Under the pieces are notes generated by a model, which was given only the letters and a program-made list of their open reading frames with translations, was not told the origin of the DNA and ran no database searches. From Dehalococcoidia bacterium (GTDB lineage: Bacteria; Chloroflexota; Dehalococcoidia; Bin125), in NCBI GenBank assembly GCA_963663895.2, contig CAXXRD010000005.1, forward strand, positions 64,001 to 128,000: a stretch of DNA of 64,000 nt, read 5' to 3'. The translations under genes and the position numbers were made by a program. How positions within the stretch are numbered: the first letter of the stretch is position 1; every line of letters begins with the position of its first letter. This document shows positions 1 to 9,407 of this stretch, piece after piece.

Positions 1-445
1 TTTGGATCCGGATTCCAAGGCGGCTCTCTGGCAGCTGCTGCAAAACGTCAACGCACAAGGGACGGCGCTTCTCGTCGCAACGAACGATGTCGGGGAGGCG
101 GAGCGCTATTGCCATACGGTCGCTTTCCTGGACGCCGGCCGCCTGGTTCGGAGCGGTACTCCAGCCGAGCTCAAGCGCGGCCTGCGCCGTGATTCGGTTC
201 GCGTGGAGTGGGCTGATCCTCCTGATGCGATCGAGGGCACCCTGTCGGCCTGGGAGGGCGTCGGCTCCGTGACCCGCGCCGGTCCGCACCTCCACGCCAC
301 CGTCGACGATGCCTCCGTCTTTGTGCCGCGTCTGTTCGCGTTTGCTCAAGGCGGCATTCGCGCCGTCCAGATCCACGAGTCGACCTTGGAGGATGCCTAC
401 TTCCAGGCCGTCCGCCACCCCTTCGCTCCCAACGGCCGTGAGTAG
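1..445 (+). CDS. ABC transporter ATP-binding protein, C-terminal part (5' truncated by window edge)
   Basis: D-loop LDP, then ALWQLL...LLVATNDVGEAERYC...FLDAGRLV...GTPAELK and C-terminal STLEDAYF, typical of DrrA/NodI-type ATPases; ABC-2 permease follows. Confidence 0.85.
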   Translation, partial: LDPDSKAALWQLLQNVNAQGTALLVATNDVGEAERYCHTVAFLDAGRLVRSGTPAELKRGLRRDSVRVEWADPPDAIEGTLSAWEGVGSVTRAGPHLHATVDDASVFVPRLFAFAQGGIRAVQIHESTLEDAYFQAVRHPFAPNGRE

Positions 446-499
446 CTCTGCGGCCTACGGCGGCGGTGCGCCTACCGTCCTGACCGTTACCCTCGCCTT

Positions 500-1366
500 G
501 TGATGACGATGCGCACGATCTCGGCCACTGCTGCCACGGCGGAGCGTTCGCCTGTCCGGAGACGCTCAGGGCCGCTGGCTGGCGCCGTCATCGCTTGCTG
601 GGCGCTGCTCTGTCGCGATCTGCGCGTCGTCCTGCGATCTCGCTCCCAGCTCTACTCTTCGCTGCTGCTTCCCTTGATGTTGCTCGCTGTTTTGGGGATC
701 GGCATCTCCGATGGGTTGGAGCCTTCCTCCTCCGTCATTCGCGATGGCGACTACGTCTCGTACCTTGCTGCGGGCATGATCGCGCTCACTGCCCTTTTCT
801 CATCCACGTTCTCCAGCGCGTCGTTCTACCGTGACCGCGATAGCGGTATGTTGCGCACGGTCCTTGCCTCCCCCCACAGTCCTCGCACGATCTTCTTGGG
901 GAAGGCGCTCGCCGCCATCGTTATCGGCTCGGTGCAGGCACTCGTCCTCCTCGCGGTCGCCGTCGTGATCCCGGGGATCGATCTCGACTGGCAGTACGGC
1001 TGGCTGGGGGGCTTGGGCATGGCCGTCGCCGCCGTACTGCTGCTGAACTTGCTGCTCTCCGGTTTCGCCCTCGTCGTCGCTACCCGCATCCGGACGATGC
1101 AGGGCTTCCATCTGGTCATGAACTTGGTGCTCTTTCCGCTCTTCTTTCTCTCCGGTGCCTTCTTTCCTCTCGGCGACCTTCCTGGGTGGCTCTATGTCAT
1201 TGGGCTCGCCAATCCGCTCAGCTACGCGGTGGACGCGCTCCAAGTGGCTGCCTATGCGGCCGACACGCGTGGCTTTATCGGCCCGGCTATCGACTTTGCG
1301 GTGCTCGGTGGTCTGGCCGCGGTCCTCTTTACTCTGGGACTCAAGCGCTCGCCGCAGGTTGTCTGA
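500..1366 (+). CDS. ABC-2 type transporter permease
   Basis: Six hydrophobic segments; RDRDSGMLRTVLASP, FPLFFLSGAFFP and NPLSYAVDAL motifs. Confidence 0.9.
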   Translation: MMTMRTISATAATAERSPVRRRSGPLAGAVIACWALLCRDLRVVLRSRSQLYSSLLLPLMLLAVLGIGISDGLEPSSSVIRDGDYVSYLAAGMIALTALFSSTFSSASFYRDRDSGMLRTVLASPHSPRTIFLGKALAAIVIGSVQALVLLAVAVVIPGIDLDWQYGWLGGLGMAVAAVLLLNLLLSGFALVVATRIRTMQGFHLVMNLVLFPLFFLSGAFFPLGDLPGWLYVIGLANPLSYAVDALQVAAYAADTRGFIGPAIDFAVLGGLAAVLFTLGLKRSPQVV

Positions 1367-1447
1367 CCAAGCGGATCACCATCAAGAGCGGGGCGCACGC
1401 GACTTCTACGCGGTCAAGAATGGTTGGACGGCGTTCCCTGGGAGCCG

Positions 1448-2389
1448 CTAGAGGACAGCGTCCAGTCCGGCCACGATGAACAGCACCGGAAGGTACGCGA
1501 TCGAGGTGAAGAACACCGACATCGGCTGGACCCGCCCTCGCCACAAGAACCCCGCCATCCCTACGAAGCCCGCCCCAAGCGCCAGCGCCACCCCGAGGTA
1601 GAGCCAGCCCGCTCCGCTCAAGGGAAAAAGGAGAACCGACGCCGCCGTTAGTAGCAGGGCGTAGAGAAGAATCTGTCGTTTGGTCGTGGCCTCACCGCTG
1701 ATCACCGGCAACATCGGCACTTGCGCGCGCGCGTAGTCGTCCTTATAGCGCAGCGCTAAGGCCCAGAAATGCGGCGGCGTCCAGAGGAAGATGATCAAGA
1801 AGAGGAGCAGCGGCGTAAGATCCAGGTCGTTCCGCACTGCCGCCCAGCCCACCAGCGGCGGTATCGACCCGGCGGCGCCGCCGATGACGATGTTCTGCGG
1901 CGTCCAGCGCTTCAGCCAGATCGTGTAGACGAGCACGTAGAACGCTACGGCCCCGAGAGCCAATCCCGCGCTCAGGAGGTTGACCGTGAGTGCCAGTTGC
2001 ACGCCGCCCACCGCGGCCAATGTGCTGCCGAAGAGCAGCGCGTGCCTGGGCGTCACCCGTCCCTGCGGGATTGGGCGGTTGCGGGTGCGGTGCATCAGCG
2101 CGTCGATATCGCGGTCGAACCACTGGTTGAGCGCGTTGGCTCCACCGGACGTCAGCACGCCGCCGAAGAGCACGAGCGTGACGAGATCGAGCCCCGGCCA
2201 GCCCTGCTCCGCCATGACCATCGCGGGCACCGTGGTGACTAGCAGCAGCCAGATGATCCCCGGCTTGGCGAGCGTCGCGTAGGCACGCGCTGTGAGCCAC
2301 GCTTCGCGCGGCCAGGAGCGATTTTCGAGTAGGAAGGCCGTTGCGCGGGTTGCCGTTGGGGATGAACGCAACACTGGCTCGCTAGTCAC
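1448..2389 (-). CDS. ctaB: Heme o synthase (protoheme IX farnesyltransferase)
   Basis: LAKPGII, ALNQWFDRDIDALMHRTRNRPIPQG, NIVIGGAAG, WTPPHFWALAL, DDYARAQVPMLP; GTG start at 2389 overlaps the ctaA stop. Confidence 0.95.
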   Translation of the reverse strand: MTSEPVLRSSPTATRATAFLLENRSWPREAWLTARAYATLAKPGIIWLLLVTTVPAMVMAEQGWPGLDLVTLVLFGGVLTSGGANALNQWFDRDIDALMHRTRNRPIPQGRVTPRHALLFGSTLAAVGGVQLALTVNLLSAGLALGAVAFYVLVYTIWLKRWTPQNIVIGGAAGSIPPLVGWAAVRNDLDLTPLLLFLIIFLWTPPHFWALALRYKDDYARAQVPMLPVISGEATTKRQILLYALLLTAASVLLFPLSGAGWLYLGVALALGAGFVGMAGFLWRGRVQPMSVFFTSIAYLPVLFIVAGLDAVL

Positions 2390-3371
2390 CCGAGTGGCTT
2401 CCTTCCGCTTTGACGCGTGATCCGGCGCGGAGCGTGGGAAACGGCCGCTCCGAGCGGACATCCGGGATCCACCCGGCCCGGTACGCCCCAAGTGCTGTGA
2501 GCATGATCACGACGATCCAGAGCCACGAGGCGAGGACGACGTGCGCGACGCGCCAGCCCTCGGCCAGTGTGGTCCAGATGTTCGCGGCTCCCACCATAAT
2601 CTGCGCGATGTAGAGTGCCGCCGCCAGCAGCGACAGACTGAGGAGCAGCGTACCTTGCTGTCGGCGTCCGGCCCAGGCTGAGATGACGAGCGCCACTACG
2701 AGCAGCGCCACGAAGGCGGCGAGGTAGCGGTGCGCGACCTGGATGCTGGCCGCCCGGCCGCCTGGCAGCAGCGAGTCGTTGCAGAGCGGCCACCCCGAGC
2801 AGGCGAAGCCGGCGTCGGTGCCGGAAACGTAGGCGCCCAGCAGGATCACGGACAGGATCCCCCCGGCGGTTGCCAGGGCCAGCCGGGTCGTGCGAGTCGT
2901 GTGCCTGGAGTTCGGCGGCCGGGGGTTGTCCCTTGCCCGTGCGAAGCTGGCGAGCAGGCCGAGCGTCAGCAGCATCGCGATTAGCAAGGCCACCCCCAAG
3001 TGCGCCGTCACGATCTGCGCCGGCAGGTCTTCGGTCACGGTGAGCCCCCCGAGCACCACTTGGATCCCCAGCGCGACCAGCGCGGCGATGATGGGCCACA
3101 GTACCCAGGGCCGTGCGCGGTATCGCACCCAGGTCGTGACGACGAAGGCGAGGATGATCAGGCCGACGACGCTCGCTACCAGCCGGTGGGTCCATTCGAT
3201 CCAGACGTGGTAGTCGCCCGCGGGAATGACGCGTCCATGACAGAGGGGCCAGTCCGGGCACGCGAGCCCGGAATCGGTGACGCGCACCGTCGCGCCGAGC
3301 GCGATCAGCGCCAACACGCCGAGAAGGGTTGCGATCCCCAGTCGCTGGTAGCCGCTGATGTGTTTCCTCAT
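2382..3371 (-). CDS. ctaA: Heme A synthase (COX15/CtaA)
   Basis: GATVRVTDSGLACPDWPLCHG, EWTHRL, second CSGWPLCN and AHRY motifs. Confidence 0.93.
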   Translation of the reverse strand: MRKHISGYQRLGIATLLGVLALIALGATVRVTDSGLACPDWPLCHGRVIPAGDYHVWIEWTHRLVASVVGLIILAFVVTTWVRYRARPWVLWPIIAALVALGIQVVLGGLTVTEDLPAQIVTAHLGVALLIAMLLTLGLLASFARARDNPRPPNSRHTTRTTRLALATAGGILSVILLGAYVSGTDAGFACSGWPLCNDSLLPGGRAASIQVAHRYLAAFVALLVVALVISAWAGRRQQGTLLLSLSLLAAALYIAQIMVGAANIWTTLAEGWRVAHVVLASWLWIVVIMLTALGAYRAGWIPDVRSERPFPTLRAGSRVKAEGSHSGD

Positions 3372-3431
3372 ACTCCAATTCCCCGCGCCGATTTAGGGTC
3401 GCGCCCTCTCCGCCGGCCGGTCAAGCTGGGA

Positions 3432-4409
3432 TCACGGCGCCCGGCGCTCCGCGAGTTCGCGGAGCATGTCCCCGCGGCGCCCATTGAAGTGCTCGCGCTC
3501 TGCCCAGTAATACACCGTCACCAGGATGCCGAAGAAGAACATCATCGCTCCGGGAACCCACATCACGCCGGCGCCGATACGTTGATCGATCAGGGCGCTC
3601 GGTCCCCAGTCCCGCGTGAGGTCCACGTATCGGTCGTAGATGGGCTCGTCGATGCTCGTGAGGATGAGCGCGAGAGCGATGTTTTGCAGAAGCGCTGCGA
3701 TCAGCAGCGCGATGCGGCCGACATGGGCGGGCCGCAGCCGTGTCGCGTCCACCGCGACCACGAGCCACCAGAAGAGGATCGCGCCGCCGAGGAAACTGCC
3801 GTGCTCGAATGCGTGCAAGGCGGCATTGTCGATCGCTGCTTCATAGGCCACAGGAAGATGCCAGACCCACATCGACGCGACGAACAGCAAGAGGGCGACG
3901 GGGGGGTACGTGATCACGCGGGCGAAGCGGCTTTCGATGAGCGGGATCAGGTATTCGCGCCGCACGTGGTTGGACGAGGCCCGTAGCGCCAGCGTGACGG
4001 GGGCGCCCAGCAGGAGTAGCGGCGCCACGAGCATCACCATGATCATGTGTTGCACCATGTGCACCCAGAAGAGGTCGTCGCCGTAGCTGTCGATCGGCGA
4101 GACGAGCGCCAGCAGTAACAGCAGTGCCCCCGCTCCGAACGCCGCGAGGTGCCAGCGGGGGAAGTGGAAACGTCGAGGATCCCGCCGCAGCCGCCAGTAG
4201 GCCCAGGCGTACAGTCCGACGAGGAGGGCCACGATGCTGAACCCGAACGGCTCCAGCGACCACTCTCCAAGCGCATCCGGGAACCGTCCAGATACGTCGG
4301 CTCCGCTGTGGGCGGCTGCCGTGCCCGTCGTTGCCAGCCAGCCAGCGCCGCCCAGCAGCCCCGCGACTGCCGCTAACCCCGGCCGCCTCAGTCGGTTGAC
4401 GTCACACAC
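3432..4409 (-). CDS. ctaG: Cytochrome c oxidase assembly factor, caa3-type CtaG family
   Basis: SPID...FWVHMVQHM...APLLLLGAP, WHLP, EH, DQRIGAGVMWVPG motifs. Confidence 0.88.
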   Translation of the reverse strand: MCDVNRLRRPGLAAVAGLLGGAGWLATTGTAAAHSGADVSGRFPDALGEWSLEPFGFSIVALLVGLYAWAYWRLRRDPRRFHFPRWHLAAFGAGALLLLLALVSPIDSYGDDLFWVHMVQHMIMVMLVAPLLLLGAPVTLALRASSNHVRREYLIPLIESRFARVITYPPVALLLFVASMWVWHLPVAYEAAIDNAALHAFEHGSFLGGAILFWWLVVAVDATRLRPAHVGRIALLIAALLQNIALALILTSIDEPIYDRYVDLTRDWGPSALIDQRIGAGVMWVPGAMMFFFGILVTVYYWAEREHFNGRRGDMLRELAERRAP

Positions 4410-4475
4410 GGCTCGATCCTAGCGGCGCCAGCGAGCCATCCGGCGCCGTTACCACGCGCAGGCCGTGCAGATGTC

Positions 4476-5087
4476 TTATGCCAAGAAAATCAGGGAGAAA
4501 ACCAAGATCCAGACGACATCCACGAAATGCCAGTACATCGACGCCGCCTCTACGGCCGTGTTGCGTTCTGCGTCGAAGTGGCCCAGGTAGGTCCGCAACC
4601 AGAGCGTGAAAATGAAGATCAACCCACCGATCACGTGCGCTCCGTGGAACCCGGTAAGGATGTAGAAGGTTGCGCCGTAGGGTCCGTCGCCGATTCCGAA
4701 GTCGAGCATTGCCCACTCCACCCCGGTGTTGATGATGAAGGCGATCCCCAGGAACAACGTCAGGAACAGCCCCCAGCGGAGCTGCCTGCGCTTGCCTTGG
4801 CGGATCGCCATCGCGGCCCACTGCATGGGGATGCTGCTCAGTACGAGCAGGATGGTGAAGAACACGGGCCGGAAGTCCGCTCCCAACACGTGGCCGCCGT
4901 TGGTCGGTGCCCAGACCACCGCGTCTTCCCGCAGCGCTAGGTAGGCGGCGATCAGCCCGGAGAAGAACATGAGCTCCGAGAAGATGAAGAAGACCATGCC
5001 CCAAAGTCCGACGGTCATGGGTTCGTCCCCAACGAAGATTCGCCGGAGGAAGGGGGTCTGCGGCAGCGGCCGCGCCTGAGTCGCCAT
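4476..5087 (-). CDS. ctaE: Cytochrome c oxidase subunit III (short 5-TM form)
   Basis: FIFSELMFF, FYILTGFHGAHV, YWHFVDVVW. Confidence 0.95.
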   Translation of the reverse strand: MATQARPLPQTPFLRRIFVGDEPMTVGLWGMVFFIFSELMFFSGLIAAYLALREDAVVWAPTNGGHVLGADFRPVFFTILLVLSSIPMQWAAMAIRQGKRRQLRWGLFLTLFLGIAFIINTGVEWAMLDFGIGDGPYGATFYILTGFHGAHVIGGLIFIFTLWLRTYLGHFDAERNTAVEAASMYWHFVDVVWILVFSLIFLA

Positions 5088-5095
5088 AGCCGTCC

Positions 5096-6790
5096 TTAGC
5101 CGTCCTGTGGCGCGGCCGGCTGCGCAGCCGATGCGCCGCCCGCGTCCGTTCCACTCTCCGCCATCCGGTGATCGAACAGGGGCCGCTCGGACTTCACCGG
5201 GATCAGCCGGTCGAAGTTATGGGCCGGTGGCGGGGAGCTGGTCGCCCACTCCAGCGTGTTCGCCTCCCAGGGATCGTCGCCCGCCTCTTCGCCGTACTTC
5301 CACGAGTAGAGGATGTTGAAGAGGAAGGGGATCATGCCTGCGGCCACGACGAAGGCCCCGACTGTCGAGACCAGGTTCATCAATTCCCAGCCGCCATAGG
5401 CCGCGTAGTCGTTGATCCGGCGCGGCATCCCATCCAATCCCAGCATCAGTTGGGGCCAGAACAGCATGTTGGCGCCGATGAAGGCGGACCAGAAGTGCAG
5501 CTTGCCCAGCCCTTCGTTCAAAAGCCGCCCGGTCATCTTGGGGAACCAGAAGTACACCGCAGCCAGAATCCCAAAGGCCGCGCCGGTGGCGAGGACGTAG
5601 TGGAGGTGGCTCACCACGAAGTAGGTGTCATGGAGGTGGAAGTCGACCGGCACCGCGGCATGGAAGACTCCCGTGATCCCGCCGATCAGGAACAGCATGA
5701 GGAAGCCAATGGCGAAGAGCATCGCCGTCGGCAGGGTCACGGCTCCCCGGAACATCGTCGCGATCCAGTTGAAGAACTTCACGCCCGTCGGCACCGCGAT
5801 GAGGAAGGTGGAGGCCATGAAGAACGGCAGGAAGACGCCGCCGGTCGTGAACATATGGTGCGCCCAGACGATGAACCCCAGGAGCCCGATCCCCACGATC
5901 GCCAGCACCATGGAGCGGTAGCCGAAGAGGGGTTTGCGGCTGAAGACGGGGATGATCTCGGAGACGACCCCCATGGGCGGCAAGATCATGATGTAGACCG
6001 CTGGATGCGAGTAGAACCAGAAGAGGTTCTGCCACAGCAGCACCTGTCCGCCTTGGCCCGTCGGGTCGAAGAAGGCGCCACCCGCGCCGTTGCGGTCCAC
6101 GAACAGCATGATCAGCGCCGAGGCCAGCACCGGCGTCGCGAGGAGGATCAGGAACGAGGTGACGAGCGTCGTCCACGTGAACAGCGGTAGCCGGAACATC
6201 GTCATTCCGGGTGCGCGCAGCTTGAAGATCGTCGTGAGGAAATTGATGGCGCCGGCGGTTGACGCAGCTCCGAGGACCACGACGCCGACGAGCCAGAGAT
6301 CCGTCCCCGCTCCTAGCGGTTGCGCGTTCGCGCCCGTGTTGCTCGCCACGGGCGGGTACGAAGTCCAGCCGGCCGAGGCGCTGCCACCGGAAAACGCGAA
6401 GGAGCTGACCATCATGATCCCGCCAAAGGCGAACATCCAATAGGACAGCGCGTTCATCCGCGGGAACGCCATGTCGGGCGCGCCGATTTGCAGGGGCACG
6501 ATGTAGTTCATGAAGCCCGCGGCGACGGGCAGGATGAACAGGAACAGCATGATGCTGCCGTGCATCGTGAAGAGCTGGTTGTACGTTTCGTCGCCGATGA
6601 TGGTCCCGGTCTGCGCCAACTCGGTGCGCATTACCAGGGAGAACGCTCCGCCCACGAGGGCGAATCCCAGCGCGGTGAAGATGTAGAGGAGCCCGATCTT
6701 TTTGTGATCCGTAGTGGACAGCCACTCAATGATCACATCGACGGCGCGCATCCCTGCGTAACCGGGGGCTGTTGGTGCGGCCGTTGCCAT
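5096..6790 (-). CDS. ctaD: Cytochrome c oxidase subunit I
   Basis: TTDHKKIG, FTMHG, GWTSYPP, FWFYSHPAVY, WAHHMF, HDTYFVVSHLHY, GMPRR. Confidence 0.98.
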   Translation of the reverse strand: MATAAPTAPGYAGMRAVDVIIEWLSTTDHKKIGLLYIFTALGFALVGGAFSLVMRTELAQTGTIIGDETYNQLFTMHGSIMLFLFILPVAAGFMNYIVPLQIGAPDMAFPRMNALSYWMFAFGGIMMVSSFAFSGGSASAGWTSYPPVASNTGANAQPLGAGTDLWLVGVVVLGAASTAGAINFLTTIFKLRAPGMTMFRLPLFTWTTLVTSFLILLATPVLASALIMLFVDRNGAGGAFFDPTGQGGQVLLWQNLFWFYSHPAVYIMILPPMGVVSEIIPVFSRKPLFGYRSMVLAIVGIGLLGFIVWAHHMFTTGGVFLPFFMASTFLIAVPTGVKFFNWIATMFRGAVTLPTAMLFAIGFLMLFLIGGITGVFHAAVPVDFHLHDTYFVVSHLHYVLATGAAFGILAAVYFWFPKMTGRLLNEGLGKLHFWSAFIGANMLFWPQLMLGLDGMPRRINDYAAYGGWELMNLVSTVGAFVVAAGMIPFLFNILYSWKYGEEAGDDPWEANTLEWATSSPPPAHNFDRLIPVKSERPLFDHRMAESGTDAGGASAAQPAAPQDG

Positions 6791-6811
6791 CGCTTCTCTT
6801 CTCTTCTTTCG

Positions 6812-8170
6812 CTACTGGCTTGGCAGGGTTTGCAGCCAGGCGTAGGTGTCGGCTATGTCCTCGTCGGGTATCACATCGGGGGGGAAGACCGGCATTTGAT
6901 CGCGCGGGTTGCGGTACTGGCTGATCACTTCCTCCAGCGGCAGTGCGGTCCCCGCGATCGGCAGTCCGATGCCACCCTCTCCCTGGTCGCCGTGGCAGAC
7001 GTTGCAGCCGTTGATAAAGAAGAGCTGCTGCCCCCGCACCGGGTCGCCTTGCGGTCCGGCATCTGGGGCGGCTTGACCAGAGGGCTCTGCGCCTGGGGCG
7101 GGTGCCGGAAGCGGCTTCAGGCGTTCCAGCGCCTCCGCCAGTTGGGTATCGAACCACTCCGTGTACGCATCAAGCGGCAGGGCGTGGACCGTGAACAGCA
7201 TACGCGCGTGCTCGCGTCCACAGAACTCCGCGCACTGCCCCTCGTAGTACACGCCCTCCGGCCCGACATCTTCTTCATTGAGATCCACCCACATGGCATG
7301 CACCCGACCAGGCACCAAGTCCAACTTGTAGAGAAACTCCGGCGTATAGAAGGAGTGGATCACGTCCACCGCCGCGAGATTGAAGCGCACCGTTTTGCCG
7401 ATGGGTACGGTCACCACCGGGGTGGGAACGCCGTCTTCCTCCAAGCCGCCCAAGCGCTCCTCGGCCCGTGTCTCCGTGCCGTCGAACAGCAGCCAGATCT
7501 TCGATCCGCTGGGATGCTCCTCCGCGACCGTTCCATCGATCGCGCGGTCGACGACGATGCTGTCGTCTTGCACTTCGACCAGGCGCACATGCTCCACGTC
7601 GATCCGGAGCGAAGTGGTGAACGGCGCCAACTCCGCAAATGCATCGGGGTTCGTGACGGCGAGAGTGCTCTGGGCCTCTCCCTCTGGCAGCATGGAGGCC
7701 GTTGCCGTATTCAGCTCGGCCGAATAGCGGAAGGCCCAGGTCCACTGCCGCCCCAGTACATCGATCGTTTCGACGGGCTCCCCGGCCTCCGGCGACGATT
7801 CAACGTTCTCCAGGATGATGAACGAGTAGACGAAGAGGGCGATCACGATGACCGCCGGTGTGACTGTCCACACTACCTCGGCCATCATGTTGCCGTGTGT
7901 CTGCTTGGGCAGTGCGTCCCCGCGCCGCCGGTAGCGGAAGATTATGTAGACGATCGCGATCTCGACCGCGACGAACACCACCGCCGCCACGATGAAGACG
8001 ACCATATAGAGCGTACGGATCTCGTTTCCCTGCTCGGTGCGCGCCTGGGGCGGAAAGGCCTGTGCGCCGACCGCCTCCAGCGTCGCCAGCATCGCGAGGA
8101 GTGCAGCGGCCACGGCAACGACCGTCAGCCGCAGCATTCGAGAACTCCAGAGGTCGTGCAGCGTCTCCAA
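6812..8170 (-). CDS. ctaC: Cytochrome c oxidase subunit II with internal insertion and C-terminal cytochrome c (caa3 type)
   Basis: Two TM helices, EVVWT, QWTWAFRY, CuA ligands DVIHSF and CAEFCGREHARM, heme c motif CNVCH with distal MP. Confidence 0.95.
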   Translation of the reverse strand: METLHDLWSSRMLRLTVVAVAAALLAMLATLEAVGAQAFPPQARTEQGNEIRTLYMVVFIVAAVVFVAVEIAIVYIIFRYRRRGDALPKQTHGNMMAEVVWTVTPAVIVIALFVYSFIILENVESSPEAGEPVETIDVLGRQWTWAFRYSAELNTATASMLPEGEAQSTLAVTNPDAFAELAPFTTSLRIDVEHVRLVEVQDDSIVVDRAIDGTVAEEHPSGSKIWLLFDGTETRAEERLGGLEEDGVPTPVVTVPIGKTVRFNLAAVDVIHSFYTPEFLYKLDLVPGRVHAMWVDLNEEDVGPEGVYYEGQCAEFCGREHARMLFTVHALPLDAYTEWFDTQLAEALERLKPLPAPAPGAEPSGQAAPDAGPQGDPVRGQQLFFINGCNVCHGDQGEGGIGLPIAGTALPLEEVISQYRNPRDQMPVFPPDVIPDEDIADTYAWLQTLPSQ

Positions 8171-8209
8171 TGCCGTTCCGTTTCTTGGCCCGCCGCGGCT
8201 ACGTTCGCC

Positions 8210-9235
8210 CTAATGACCGGTGGCGAAGCTTTTGATGTCTTCGCCCAGCCAGCCCAAGGTCCCCAAAATCGCGAGCGTCAGGCCGGCGCCCAGCAACTCC
8301 GCCGGAAACACCATGCCGAATGCGGTCATGACCGCGCCGATCGCGACGATGATAGGGCTCCAGGAGGGGGGTGCGGTATGGAAGCCCTCCGGCAAGTCCG
8401 CCGCCGCTTCGTGTTGCGCGGCCGCAGGAGCAGCGTCGTCGTCGTGTCCCCCGGCTCCTCCCGTCTCACGGGTGAAGTTCAGAATGTCTTCCCAGAGCCA
8501 GCCGAGCGTGCCGAGGATAGCTGTCGCCAGGCCCGCCCCGAGGAGTTCGGCGGGGAATACCATTCCAAAGGCGGTGAGCGCGGCTCCCAATCCGATCAGA
8601 ATCGGGAAGGGCGATGGCGGCGCCGTGTGGAATGCGTGTTCCTCTGTCGCAGCTCCCGCTTCCAGCAGGGCTGCGGTTCCCGCGGGTAGGGCCGTCCTAG
8701 CGGCCGGCGCGGAGTAGGCTGCCTCTTGCTCGCGCCGCGGCCGCTGATAGCTCCGCGAGCGTAGGAACGGCGGCAGAATCGCGGCGACGAGCCCCCCCAC
8801 GTCGACGCCCGTGTACGCTTCTTCGACTTCAAGCCCGAAGGCGCGCGTCCACCTCCATGCCCGGATCCCCGCGAGCGGGATGCCGAGTTCGTTGCAGAGT
8901 CGATTTGCCCTGCCCGCTTGCCCGGCCGGAACGAACAGGTAGAGCGGCCCCGCCTTGGAGAGCGGGAGCCAGTGCTTCCGCGCGGTTGTCTCCGTTACTT
9001 CATGGCGCAGTGCGATGAGGCCGAGTAGCTCGATGAAGTGGCCTGGCTCCTCGACGACGACGATATCGGGGTAAATCCAGCCTCCCCCGCGCACCTGTAT
9101 CCCAATCTGCTCGTTGGGCACGTTCACGAAGGTTTGCCAGCTGGGATGATCGGCGTTTGGGTACGAGAAGCGCTCCGCAGCGATCTGCTCGACGATATCT
9201 GCTGCCCTGGTGCGCTCTACATCAACCGTCGGCAT
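8210..9235 (-). CDS. Fusion protein: PD-(D/E)XK-like N-terminal domain plus two tandem oxidase subunit IV/CtaF-like helix pairs
   Basis: N-terminal YPDIVVV domain; duplicated FHTAPPS(P/W)xPI...AFGMVFPAELLGAGL..AILGTLGWL.ED; directly upstream of ctaC on the same strand. Confidence 0.65.
   Translation of the reverse strand: MPTVDVERTRAADIVEQIAAERFSYPNADHPSWQTFVNVPNEQIGIQVRGGGWIYPDIVVVEEPGHFIELLGLIALRHEVTETTARKHWLPLSKAGPLYLFVPAGQAGRANRLCNELGIPLAGIRAWRWTRAFGLEVEEAYTGVDVGGLVAAILPPFLRSRSYQRPRREQEAAYSAPAARTALPAGTAALLEAGAATEEHAFHTAPPSPFPILIGLGAALTAFGMVFPAELLGAGLATAILGTLGWLWEDILNFTRETGGAGGHDDDAAPAAAQHEAAADLPEGFHTAPPSWSPIIVAIGAVMTAFGMVFPAELLGAGLTLAILGTLGWLGEDIKSFATGH
8235..8632 (-). repeat. Diverged intragenic duplication of about 150 bp (8235-8383 and 8484-8632)
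   Basis: Both copies encode the near-identical ~50-aa two-helix unit, with many synonymous differences. Confidence 0.85.
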
Positions 9236-9407
9236 GCGGACCGCGCGCTCCCCACCCCGTTTGGGCTGCCCGGCTCGATCGCCAGTGTGACCGATTGTGC
9301 ACGATCGCACAACCAGACACCACCGATAACGCGGTCGACGATCCCGGAGCGTGACGTGGTCTGGGGTGCGCTGCGACGATCAGATGCGCAAGCACACAGG
9401 CGGCCGG

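Noticed and set aside
6320-8689. 789-aa plus-strand ORF, and many similar long antisense ORFs
   Set aside because: Shadow frames opposite well-supported genes in high-GC DNA; no recognisable motifs
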